Positions 18,818-26,766 of a stretch of 32,000 bases of DNA are shown one piece after another. The notes beneath the pieces are model-generated. The model had not been told where the DNA came from and made no database searches. It was given only the letters and a program-made list of their open reading frames with translations. The number at the start of each line of letters is the position of its first letter. The first letter of the stretch is position 1. The DNA is taken from contig NZ_CP074694.1 of assembly GCF_018398935.1 (NCBI RefSeq), forward strand, positions 990,001 through 1,022,000. The letters run 5' to 3'. This DNA comes from Telmatocola sphagniphila (GTDB lineage Bacteria; Planctomycetota; Planctomycetia; Gemmatales; Gemmataceae). The translations under genes and the position numbers were made by a program.

Positions 18818-19719
18818 CCGAAAAACTGCGACAGATAGTTTCGACTCTGTCGCAACGCCCTCTTACGATCTTCCAAGGTTTTCTCGTAAGCCCGGTCTTC
18901 CACCTCGATGCAGACCGGGCCATGATAGCCCGCATCTGTTAAGGCACTGAAGAAAGGCCCCCATTGCACATCGCCGAGGCCGGGCAGTTTGGGCAGGTGC
19001 CAGTGCAAACCGCTGATACCCTGTTCGTACAGCAAATCCTGATCGATTCGTTCATCCTTGGCGTGAACGTGAAAGATTTTATCTTTAAATTCCCTAATCG
19101 CCCGTGCGGCGTCGATCCCTTGCCAGATCAGATGCGAGGGATCGATATTCAGTCCCAAACCTTCCGGAAACATACGGAACATTTCACGCCAAAGATGAGG
19201 GCTGACCGGAAGGTTCTTCCCACCTGGCCATTCGTCGTTTGAAAAGAGCATCGGGCAGTGTTCGATCGCGATCCGAACTCCGGTTTTATGGGCCAATTCC
19301 ATAATCGGTGACCATACCTCTTTCATCAGTAGAAGATTCTCTTCGATGTTCCGGGTATGATCGCGGCCAATGAAGGTATTGACTGTTTTGAGACCGAGAG
19401 AGGGAGAAACCTGGATGACCTTTTTGAGATGTTCGACAATGGTTTCGCGTACCTGAGGATTGGGATCGAGCGGATTGGGATAGTATCCTAAAGCTGATAT
19501 CGCAACCCCATATTTTTGTGTAACTTGCAGAATCGACTGGGCCTTGGCATGGGACCAGTCGGTCACATCAATATGAGTGACACCGGCGTAGCGTCGATCC
19601 GATTTGCCGGGAGGCCAGCACATGACTTCGATGCAGTCGAATCGCTCCCCGGCTGCAAATTGCAGGATTTCCTCGAGACCCAAGGTAGGCAAAATCGCCG
19701 TTACGAATCCTAGTTGCAT
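18814..19719 (-). CDS. Sugar phosphate isomerase/epimerase family protein (xylose isomerase-like TIM barrel)
   Basis: The 301-aa ORF shows the typical pattern: FD.IE, IA.EH.P, D..H and H.KD. Its stop codon overlaps the putA stop on the opposite strand. Confidence 0.8.
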   Translation of the reverse strand: MQLGFVTAILPTLGLEEILQFAAGERFDCIEVMCWPPGKSDRRYAGVTHIDVTDWSHAKAQSILQVTQKYGVAISALGYYPNPLDPNPQVRETIVEHLKKVIQVSPSLGLKTVNTFIGRDHTRNIEENLLLMKEVWSPIMELAHKTGVRIAIEHCPMLFSNDEWPGGKNLPVSPHLWREMFRMFPEGLGLNIDPSHLIWQGIDAARAIREFKDKIFHVHAKDERIDQDLLYEQGISGLHWHLPKLPGLGDVQWGPFFSALTDAGYHGPVCIEVEDRAYEKTLEDRKRALRQSRNYLSQFFG

Positions 19720-19914
19720 AAGGTATTTCTCAGGTTAATCCGGAAGCTTGCCTAGCTTACCCACAGCCCAAATCTCTCATAATCAACTCATTCCAAAAAT
19801 GTATATTAACTGTAACGGATAAATCGTCGATAAGGATAGAATGAAAGCAGGCATTTTACCGCGGATGAGGTAAACTGCACTTCGCTGGAATCTCGAATCG
19901 CGAGGACCTTCAAA

Positions 19915-20670
19915 ATGACACGGCTTTTCCTTGCTCTGGCAATGCTCGTTGTAATTAGCGTCTCCAATGTTTCCGCTCAAGGTGGCGGCGGTGGAGGTGG
20001 GGGAGGCGGCAGCGGTGGGGGTGGAGGTGGTGGAAGCAGCGGCGGCGGAGGCGGAAGTAGCAGCAGCGGATCCAGCAGTTCGACCACTCTGAACATGCCC
20101 ACACTGCAAAGTGCGACCGCGGGTTTGAATTCCATCGGAACGCAAAGTTCCACGAGTAGCTCGACCAATATTTTGAGTTCCACTAATCAGTTCACACAAT
20201 TCTACGATAGCCCTCTTTATCCCGGACGGCCGAACAGTTCAGACACGAGCATCACAACGGGTTCGGGTGGGTTCGGAACTCAAACTTACGGTTCCGCCAC
20301 TACCTCGACGGGCGGAGGGGGGCGCGGCGGATCGAGTGGTAGTTCGAGTACTTCGCGAACCACGATTAAAAGTGGAAATAGCTATACGGGCGGGAGCTTG
20401 AATAATGTGGCGACCCAGGTCTCGTACGTGGCCGTGCTGAAGTTCTCTACACCGCCAGTTCCCGAAAGCCAGAAGCTGGCCACTTTGCGACAGAGTATTG
20501 TAAACAATCCGCAGATTACGAATTCCAAGGACATCTCGGTTACGATCGAGAATGGGGTTGTCGTTCTTCGGGGCCGAGCCGCCGATGACGATGAACGCCG
20601 GCTGGTTGAAAACGTTTTGCGTTTGGAACCGGGTGTCAACCAGGTAAAAAATGAACTCGTTGCCAAATAG
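19915..20670 (+). CDS. Secreted BON domain protein with Gly/Ser low-complexity region
   Basis: GAGGA RBS and signal peptide MTRLFLALAMLVVISVSNVSA. A 34-residue Gly/Ser tract follows. The C-terminal BON pattern is ISVTIENGVVVLRGRAADDDERRLVENVLRLEPGVNQVKNEL. Confidence 0.8.
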   Translation: MTRLFLALAMLVVISVSNVSAQGGGGGGGGGGSGGGGGGGSSGGGGGSSSSGSSSSTTLNMPTLQSATAGLNSIGTQSSTSSSTNILSSTNQFTQFYDSPLYPGRPNSSDTSITTGSGGFGTQTYGSATTSTGGGGRGGSSGSSSTSRTTIKSGNSYTGGSLNNVATQVSYVAVLKFSTPPVPESQKLATLRQSIVNNPQITNSKDISVTIENGVVVLRGRAADDDERRLVENVLRLEPGVNQVKNELVAK

Positions 20671-20699
20671 TCGTTAAATCGCTTTCCAAGTGGTCTTTG

Positions 20700-20730
20700 A
20701 CCGGAGCCGAGTGGCTCCGGTTTCATTTCC
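20700..20730 (+). terminator. Rho-independent terminator after the BON gene
   Basis: ACCGGAGCC-GAGT-GGCTCCGGT is a perfect 9-bp stem with a tetraloop, followed by TTCATTTCC. It lies 30 nt after the stop at 20670. Confidence 0.65.
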
Positions 20731-20788
20731 CCCCCGAATATCGCTATCCGCTTTACTTGCAAAACCTGCGATTGCTAAAATCAGCGAT

Positions 20789-22096
20789 ATGATCTCCGAC
20801 CTAGAAGATACCATTGTCGCGCAAGCGAGTGTGCCCGGGGCGGCCGTGCGCGGCATCGTCCGACTCTCGGGGCCCAAGGCCTTCGAGATTGTCAACCAGC
20901 TGTTTCACAATCCGGATCCTTCGCAAAAATTTCAGTCCGGCTCTTTGCGGATTCAAGGATTGGAGAGCCCGCTACCGGCCTTGGTACTTCGCTCGAATCA
21001 GCCGAACACTTATACCGGTCAGGACCTGGTGGAGATTCATCTCATCGGCTGCCCGCCGGTCGTGGATGCCTTACTGGCGGAAATTCTGAATCGGGGTGCC
21101 CGTTCGGCGAATCCGGGCGAATTCACTTTACGAGGATTCTTGAACGGCAAACGAGATCTGACTCAATCGGAAGCGGTTCTGGCCGTTATCGAAGCCCGGG
21201 ATTCCGTGCAATTAAAGCAGGCCTTAAATCAGATGGCGGGCGGCGTCTCCACACCTTTGGTTCAAATGCGGGAAGATCTTCTGAATCTCCTGGCCGATGT
21301 CGAAGCAGGTCTCGATTTCAGCGAAGAGGATATCGAATTTATTGATCGCAAGGATCTTTTACTGAGGCTGGGGAAAGCCCTGGCTCAGTTGACGAATCTG
21401 CGCCGGCAACTGGAAGATCGAGCTGTGGAAGGTCGGATGTTCCGGGTCGCTTTGGTGGGTAAACCGAATGCCGGAAAAAGCAGCTTGTTTAACGCTTTGG
21501 CGGGCGATCAGGCAGCCATCGTCAGCCCGGTGGCCGGGACTACACGAGATTATGTAACGCGATCGATTCAGCTTTCAGGTCAGAAAATTGAATTGATCGA
21601 CACCGCTGGCTGGATGAGAACGCACACGGAAATCGACGAACAGGCCCAACACCTGGGGAGAGAACGGACCGGCGAAGCGGAATTGATTCTGGAGTGTATC
21701 GAATCCACCCGTTATGCCGGCGAGACATCTGAGGTTTCCAGCCGTCACATTCGCATCCTGACCAAGTGCGATTTGCATCCTGGACCGGAGGGCTGGATTC
21801 GCACCAGCAGTGAAACTTTCTTTGGGCTCGCGGAATTGCAGGCACGAATCGTTCGTCAGGCGACCGACTTTTTTCATCCAGCCCTCGCGTCGAGTCTGTC
21901 GCGTTGTCGACATCACGTGGATCGCTCGATCCTCCACCTTCGCAATGCGCACAATTCGGTTCTATTCGAGGATCCCGCGGAGATCTTGGCCGCCGAAGTG
22001 CGTCTGGCGCTCGATCAGTTGGGTGAGATGACCGGGGCGATTTACACCGAGGATTTGCTGGGCCGAATTTTCAGTAGATTCTGTGTGGGGAAATAG
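20789..22096 (+). CDS. mnmE: tRNA modification GTPase MnmE (TrmE)
   Basis: DTIVAQASVPG..VRGIVRLSGP N-terminus. G-domain motifs GKPNAGKSSLFNAL, TTRD, DTAG and TKCD. The family-typical C-terminal FCVGK is present. The track ORF opens at 20690, but that extension overlaps the upstream terminator, so the ATG at 20789 (MISDLEDTIVA) is preferred. Confidence 0.92.
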   Translation: MISDLEDTIVAQASVPGAAVRGIVRLSGPKAFEIVNQLFHNPDPSQKFQSGSLRIQGLESPLPALVLRSNQPNTYTGQDLVEIHLIGCPPVVDALLAEILNRGARSANPGEFTLRGFLNGKRDLTQSEAVLAVIEARDSVQLKQALNQMAGGVSTPLVQMREDLLNLLADVEAGLDFSEEDIEFIDRKDLLLRLGKALAQLTNLRRQLEDRAVEGRMFRVALVGKPNAGKSSLFNALAGDQAAIVSPVAGTTRDYVTRSIQLSGQKIELIDTAGWMRTHTEIDEQAQHLGRERTGEAELILECIESTRYAGETSEVSSRHIRILTKCDLHPGPEGWIRTSSETFFGLAELQARIVRQATDFFHPALASSLSRCRHHVDRSILHLRNAHNSVLFEDPAEILAAEVRLALDQLGEMTGAIYTEDLLGRIFSRFCVGK

Positions 22097-22104
22097 ATGG
22101 GCGC

Positions 22105-22163
22105 AAAAAAAACACCCGGCTGATTGACCACCTCTCCCATAGTCAATCAACCGAGTGCTTTTT
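22105..22163. terminator. Bidirectional intrinsic terminator hairpin (H1): A8 - 16-bp stem - 13-nt loop - CTTTTT
   Basis: The 5' arm at 22113-22128 (CACCCGGCTGATTGAC) pairs with the 3' arm at 22142-22157 (GTCAATCAACCGAGTG). The stem is flanked by A8 (22105-22112) and T5 (22159-22163). On the plus strand it sits 17 nt after the mnmE stop. On the minus strand it is followed by U8. Confidence 0.65.
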
Positions 22164-22224
22164 AGTCGGATATTCTGTCAATGGTCTGACAGGATTTTCA
22201 GGTTTCCCTGAATTATTTTGATTA

Positions 22225-22271
22225 ACGCCCGACTGTTGTACCACCTCTCCCATGGCCATTCAGTCGGGCGT
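22225..22271 (-). other. Hairpin H2, a homolog of H1 with the same 14-nt loop motif
   Basis: ACGCCCGACTG (22225-22235) pairs perfectly with CAGTCGGGCGT (22261-22271). The 25-nt loop contains ACCACCTCTCCCAT (22240-22253), identical to 22127-22140 in H1. Confidence 0.6.
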
Positions 22272-22296
22272 CTATGGCTCTCGCCGAAAAACTATA

Positions 22297-22313
22297 TTGC
22301 AGGAGCTGTGCCA
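22297..22313 (-). promoter_or_regulatory. Putative sigma54 (RpoN) -24/-12 promoter
   Basis: Minus strand reads TGGCACAGCTCCTGCAA, against the consensus TGGCACG-N4-TTGCW. The GG and GC dinucleotides have the exact canonical spacing and TGGCAC matches 6/6. The mismatches are A for G after TGGCAC and C for the first T of TTGC. The predicted start is near 22287, directly upstream of H2. Confidence 0.45.
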
Positions 22314-22738
22314 ATCGTATTTCAAGACCAATTTTTTGGGACTTCAGACATCCTAAATCGCGAAATACCAAGGATTTTAGTGCGAATTTAGATCTCCCAT
22401 TTTTCCCAGATGTAAAATATTCATTTGCCGAACGATGCACAATCTGCTGGCAAGGCGAACGATTTCTGCCTAAAAAATGCGCAAATCAAAGTGGATCATA
22501 ACTCAAAACATACGGAAATTCTGAGGTGGCTCAGATTATCCAGAATTTATTTTCTGACATTTCCATTTTGGATGGTTTATCTCGAAAAATTGCTGCTTTT
22601 TCTAGCAGACATTTTGTTACCCTTAAGAGTAACCCAAATTCTGATACGGCTCTCCCTGAAACATCGCACCCGAAAGACTCGATTAGCCGAATAGAATACT
22701 AATTCAGGAGCTTAACCCAAAACACGGATGTATTAGGA

Positions 22739-23680
22739 ATGGCCACTGATATGCGACTCAAAGAAGGTCTGCCGGAAATCACCGAAAGCCTGTTGGCGAC
22801 GTACACCGAGTGCAGCCGCATCAACCATCTTGGGCATCAGTCGTTGCCCAGCCGGGAAGCGGTCCAGTCCATCATGGACGATCTTTACGAAGTCATTTAT
22901 CCCGGCTTCGGCAAGCGCCAGAACTTGCACATTGGCAATGTCGAATACTACGTGGGCAGTCTGATCGATGCCCTCCACGATAAGCTGACCATTCAAATCG
23001 CCCGAGCCCTCCGCCACGAACTGGCGGCGGAGTCCCCCAACGTCGATTTTGAACAACTGGCTCAAAAAAGAGCGATCGAATTCCTGAAAAAACTTCCGGA
23101 AGTGCGAACGACACTCGATTTGGATGTCGCCGCCGCGTATCGGGGCGACCCGGCTGCGCATAGCCATCACGAAATTATCTTCTGCTACCCGGGACTGGAA
23201 GCGATTACCGTTTATCGCCTAGCCCACGAACTGCTGCAACTCGGTGTGCCCTATATCCCCCGGATGATGACCGAAGTAGCCCACTCCAAGACAGGGATTG
23301 ATATTCATCCCGGCGCTTCCATCGGGCCCGGTTTCTTCATCGATCACGGTACGGGTGTCGTCATTGGAGAAACTTGCGAGATCGGGACTAATGTCAAGCT
23401 TTATCAGGGTGTGACTCTCGGAGCTTTAAGCTTCCAGACCGACGCCGATGGAGAACTGGTCCGTGGGACCAAACGCCATCCGACGCTGAAGGATGATGTC
23501 GTGGTCTATGCCAACGCCACCATCCTGGGAGGCACCACTATCATTGGCGAAAGATCGGTTGTAGGCTCGAACGTCTGGTTAACTCACAGCGTCGCGGCCG
23601 ATACCGTCGTCGTGCTCGAGAAACCTTCCCTTCGCTTGAAGGGGGCCGCCACCCGCGAAGGCATTATGTATCACATTTGA
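22739..23680 (+). CDS. cysE: Serine O-acetyltransferase (long form)
   Basis: The C-terminal left-handed beta-helix hexapeptide region reads [40 protein letters not shown]...[21 protein letters not shown]. It is preceded by the SAT N-terminal helical domain ([27 protein letters not shown]). The ATG at 22751 is an alternative start. Confidence 0.88.
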   Translation: MATDMRLKEGLPEITESLLATYTECSRINHLGHQSLPSREAVQSIMDDLYEVIYPGFGKRQNLHIGNVEYYVGSLIDALHDKLTIQIARALRHELAAESPNVDFEQLAQKRAIEFLKKLPEVRTTLDLDVAAAYRGDPAAHSHHEIIFCYPGLEAITVYRLAHELLQLGVPYIPRMMTEVAHSKTGIDIHPGASIGPGFFIDHGTGVVIGETCEIGTNVKLYQGVTLGALSFQTDADGELVRGTKRHPTLKDDVVVYANATILGGTTIIGERSVVGSNVWLTHSVAADTVVVLEKPSLRLKGAATREGIMYHI

Positions 23681-23698
23681 CAGACAGGATTTCTCCCC

Positions 23699-25012
23699 AT
23701 GAAGCGAATTCGCATTGGCAATGGCTGCGGCTTCTGGGGAGATAGTGTCGATGCGCCGATCAATCTGGTACGCGACGGCCATCTCGATTATCTCACGCTC
23801 GAATATCTCGCCGAATTAACCATGTCGATTCTCGCACTGCAAAAGCAGCGCGACCCCAATGCCGGATTCGCCAGCGATTTCATCGAAGTTCTGAGTCGGC
23901 TGACACCGTTATTGATTCAGCAACCGCGTTTGAAAATCGTTACCAATGCCGGTGGGATGAACCCCATGGCCTGCGCTCTCCAGGCCAAAGCGGTACTGGA
24001 TAAAGCCGGTATTCGACGACGAATATTCCTTGTGAGCGGCGATGATATCTTTTCGAAGCTGGAGGAAATACTCAAAGATCCTTCCGAATTAAAGAATCTC
24101 GATACCGGCCATTCGCTGGAAACGATACGCAGTAAAGTCGTGAGTGCGAACACCTATCTGGGAGCGCAGCCGATAGCCCGGGCGCTCGAGAGCGGTGCGG
24201 ATATTGTGATCACCGGTCGGGTGGCCGATGCTTCGTTGACGGTTGGACCTGCGATTGCCGAGTTCGGCTGGGCCATGAACGATTTCGACCGGCTATCGGC
24301 AGCCACGGTGGCCGGGCACTTGATTGAGTGCGGAGCTCAAGCCACCGGAGGTATTTGGACTCACTGGCAGGAAGCCGAACCTCTGGATACGATCGGTTAT
24401 CCCATAGCGGAAATCGACGAATCGGGTGTCTTCCAAATCAGTAAACCGCCCCACACCGGCGGCGCAATCAATCTGGAGACAATCAGCGAACAACTGCTGT
24501 ATGAAGTCGGCGATCCCGCCGCCTACCTGACACCGGATGTGGTTTCGGACTTCACTTCGGTCCTATTAAAACAATTGTCGCGAGATGTCGTTCAAGTGTC
24601 GGATGCTCGGGGAAAACCGGCCACTCCCTTTTACAAAGTGTCGATTGCCTTCCGCGATGGTTTCAGCAGTGGCGGAACGCTGGTGATTCCTGGTGCCCGA
24701 GCGGCGAAGAGAGCGGGCGAAATCTTACTTGCTCGGCTACGGCATGCCGGTTTCTCCTACCAGCGAAGTTACGTTGAAGTGCTCCCGGGGCCAACGGAGA
24801 ATTCAGAAGCCTATCTTCGAGTTTCGGTTCACGATCCCAACAAAGCGGCCGTCGAGCGTTTCACCCGGGAATTTGCCCCTCTAGTCACATCGGGTCCGCA
24901 AGGTGTTTCCGGTTATACGACAGGGCGGGCCGCCGTCCGGGAAGTCTTCGCCTACTGGCCGGCCTTGATCCGTAAGGAACTGGTCGAGCCGAAAGTGGAG
25001 GAACTGCAATGA
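23699..25012 (+). CDS. AtuA-like acyclic terpene utilisation family protein (DUF1446)
   Basis: The N-terminus IRIGNGCGFWGDSVDAPINLV....LDYLTLEYLAELTMSIL and the later HLIECGAQATGG are characteristic of DUF1446. Confidence 0.8.
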   Translation: MKRIRIGNGCGFWGDSVDAPINLVRDGHLDYLTLEYLAELTMSILALQKQRDPNAGFASDFIEVLSRLTPLLIQQPRLKIVTNAGGMNPMACALQAKAVLDKAGIRRRIFLVSGDDIFSKLEEILKDPSELKNLDTGHSLETIRSKVVSANTYLGAQPIARALESGADIVITGRVADASLTVGPAIAEFGWAMNDFDRLSAATVAGHLIECGAQATGGIWTHWQEAEPLDTIGYPIAEIDESGVFQISKPPHTGGAINLETISEQLLYEVGDPAAYLTPDVVSDFTSVLLKQLSRDVVQVSDARGKPATPFYKVSIAFRDGFSSGGTLVIPGARAAKRAGEILLARLRHAGFSYQRSYVEVLPGPTENSEAYLRVSVHDPNKAAVERFTREFAPLVTSGPQGVSGYTTGRAAVREVFAYWPALIRKELVEPKVEELQ

Positions 25013-25386
25013 CTCCAGCGAACAAAATCCAGGGGATGCTCTCGGATATTGCACATGGCCGATCGGGCGATAAAGGGAATCACGCGAACATCGCCGTTAT
25101 CGCGTACAATCCTCAAGGGTATGAGTGGTTGAAGGCGAACCTGACTGTGGAGGTGGTCTGTCAATATTTCCGGGAACGGAAAATCCACCGGGCGGAAAGA
25201 TATGAGGCACCGAATCTTCTGGGCTTGAACTTCATGCTTTATGACGTTCTTGAGGGTGGGGCCTCCCGCTCTCTTCTGATCGATACGCAAGGAAAGTCGC
25301 TGGCCTATCACTTGCTCCAGATGCCGATTGAAATTCCTGATGAGGCCCTGAAGCTTCGCAATCCCCAAGAGAAAATCCCCTCATGA
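25009..25386 (+). CDS. DUF4387-like small protein (corresponds to the C-terminal part of full-length AtuA)
   Basis: The 125-aa ORF has the RSGDKGNHANIAVIA motif. Its start overlaps the DUF1446 stop (ATGA) and its stop overlaps the next start (ATGA). Confidence 0.7.
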   Translation: MTPANKIQGMLSDIAHGRSGDKGNHANIAVIAYNPQGYEWLKANLTVEVVCQYFRERKIHRAERYEAPNLLGLNFMLYDVLEGGASRSLLIDTQGKSLAYHLLQMPIEIPDEALKLRNPQEKIPS

Positions 25387-26159
25387 CATCTCTAGTTGAA
25401 TCGACTCGAGAGGGAGCGGCCGCTATCCTTCGCATCAATCGTCCCGACAAGCGGAATGCCTTGTCGCGGGATTCGATTGCCGCTCTGCATCGGGAATTTG
25501 TGAGAGTTCGCGACGATGCTTGTGTACGCGTGGTGGTCCTTACTGGGAACGGCTCCGCATTTTGTGCCGGCATGGATCTCGACGAATTGCAGAAAAGCCT
25601 CACGGCCGACGCGGAAACCGTTTGGTCTGATGCCAACGAGTTAGCGAATTTGTTCGACCTGATCTACACTCTGCCCAAGCCGACGATTGCCGCGGTGAAT
25701 GGAGCCGCAGTTGCGGGGGGGGCCGGTCTCATGACGGTGTGCGACTTGGCGATCAGCGTACCGACGGCAAAGTTTGGCTACCCCGAAGTGCGTCGCGGTC
25801 TGGTGGCGGCCCTCGTCTTGCCGCATCTTTTACGTCACATCGGCGAACGTTCGGCCCGGCATCTGTTGCTAGCCGGGGAACTTATCGATGCTGCCGAGGC
25901 GGTTCGAATTGGTCTGATCAATAGAGTCGTACCCTCAGAACAATTCTGGCCGGAGATCCGAACTTTGATTCAGTCTCTGGTGGCCGGCGGCCCGCTGGCT
26001 CTGGCGGAAACCAAACGCTTATTGCGGGAGATGTCTCAGCAATCGCTTTCGATTGCGGACTTGGCCAAGGCCAGCGCGACTCCCCGACTGGGTGCCGAAT
26101 GCCATGAGGGCTTGAAAGCGTTTTTTGATAAACGGACCGCACCCTGGATGGACTCCTAA
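25383..26159 (+). CDS. Enoyl-CoA hydratase/isomerase (crotonase) family protein
   Basis: ILRINRPDKRNAL, VVVLTGNGSAFCAGMDL, AAVNGAAVAGGAGLMTVCDLAI and FGYPEVRRGL. Confidence 0.9.
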   Translation: MTSLVESTREGAAAILRINRPDKRNALSRDSIAALHREFVRVRDDACVRVVVLTGNGSAFCAGMDLDELQKSLTADAETVWSDANELANLFDLIYTLPKPTIAAVNGAAVAGGAGLMTVCDLAISVPTAKFGYPEVRRGLVAALVLPHLLRHIGERSARHLLLAGELIDAAEAVRIGLINRVVPSEQFWPEIRTLIQSLVAGGPLALAETKRLLREMSQQSLSIADLAKASATPRLGAECHEGLKAFFDKRTAPWMDS

Positions 26160-26162
26160 GCG

Positions 26163-26765
26163 ATGAGTTCCGCGGATCCCTCCCTGGATATGTTTTTTTG
26201 GCAGCCGCCGGTTCTGGAAACCCCAAGGCTTTTACTTCGCCCATTCCAATCTGGTGACGTCGACGCCTACTACCGAATCTGTTCCAACCCCAGGATGACT
26301 CAGTTCACCCTCTGGGATACCCACACTTCCCGGGAAGATACGCGCCTGTTCGTCGAGCAATACGCCCCCTCGCGGCTGCCGGAAAAAGTTCCCGAACCGC
26401 TCGCCATCACGCTCCGCTCCACCGGGGAACTCGTCGGTTCGATCGGGTGTTTCTGGTCTGCTCAATCGAACGAAGTGATGGAACTGGGCTATAATGTGGC
26501 CGAAGCGTTTTGGGGGCAGGGGATCGCGGTCGAAGCTTCCCGCAAGTTACTCGATTACGTGTTCGAAAACTACGAAGTGGAAAGAATTCAGGCACGCATC
26601 TTCGCCGGGAACTCGGCGAGCGGTCGCGTCGCCGTCAAGGTTGGAATGACTTACGAAGGAACTCTCCGCAGTCTGTTGCGACATCGGGGACGCTATACCG
26701 ATGTCGAGTACTATTCCATCTTGCGGCTCGAATGGCTGCAGTGGCCCGGAATCGAAAGCGATTAG
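26163..26765 (+). CDS. GNAT family N-acetyltransferase (RimJ/RimL-like)
   Basis: TPRLLLRPFQSGDVDAYY N-terminal pattern and the acetyl-CoA motif region WGQGIAVEASRKLLDYVF. It is 200 aa. Confidence 0.85.
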   Translation: MSSADPSLDMFFWQPPVLETPRLLLRPFQSGDVDAYYRICSNPRMTQFTLWDTHTSREDTRLFVEQYAPSRLPEKVPEPLAITLRSTGELVGSIGCFWSAQSNEVMELGYNVAEAFWGQGIAVEASRKLLDYVFENYEVERIQARIFAGNSASGRVAVKVGMTYEGTLRSLLRHRGRYTDVEYYSILRLEWLQWPGIESD

Positions 26766-26766
26766 C

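Larger units (their letters stand above)
22105..22287 (-). ncRNA. Candidate sigma54-dependent small RNA (about 180 nt, four hairpins, two loops carrying AUGGGAGAGGUGG)
   Basis: The minus strand shows, in order:
- a -24/-12 promoter at 22313-22297;
- hairpin H2 (22271-22225, 11-bp perfect stem);
- a GNRA-capped hairpin TTCAGG-GAAA-CCTGAA (22212-22197);
- hairpin CTGTCA-N6-TGACAG (22192-22175);
- terminator H1 plus U8 (22157-22105).

The two non-Watson-Crick pairs in H1 are G.U on the minus strand but C.A on the plus strand. The ends are predicted, not measured. Confidence 0.4.

Noticed and set aside
19977-20183. 68-aa minus-strand ORF ending in a long poly-proline run
   Set aside because: It is the reverse-complement artefact of the GGN repeat that encodes the Gly tract of the BON protein.
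20690-20788. 5' extension of mnmE given by the ORF track
   Set aside because: The extension overlaps the BON-gene terminator hairpin and encodes a non-conserved peptide. MnmE homology begins at the ATG at 20789.
22113-22271. Reading the twin hairpins on the plus strand as anti-Shine-Dalgarno mimics (loop CCACCUCUCCCAU)
   Set aside because: On the plus strand H1 has two C.A mismatches and only a U5 tail, and the intervening hairpin has a UUUC loop. No plus-strand promoter other than mnmE read-through is evident. The minus-strand model is better supported by G.U pairs, a GAAA loop, U8 and the sigma54 element. H1 may still terminate mnmE on the plus strand.
22222-22694. Three small ORFs in the mnmE-cysE spacer (22222-22440 minus, 22274-22501 plus, 22425-22694 plus)
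   Set aside because: The DNA is AT-rich with composition unlike the neighbouring genes. No RBS sits at the proper distance. The ORFs overlap one another and run through the conserved hairpins. The GRGG peptides they share are simply the translated loop motif.
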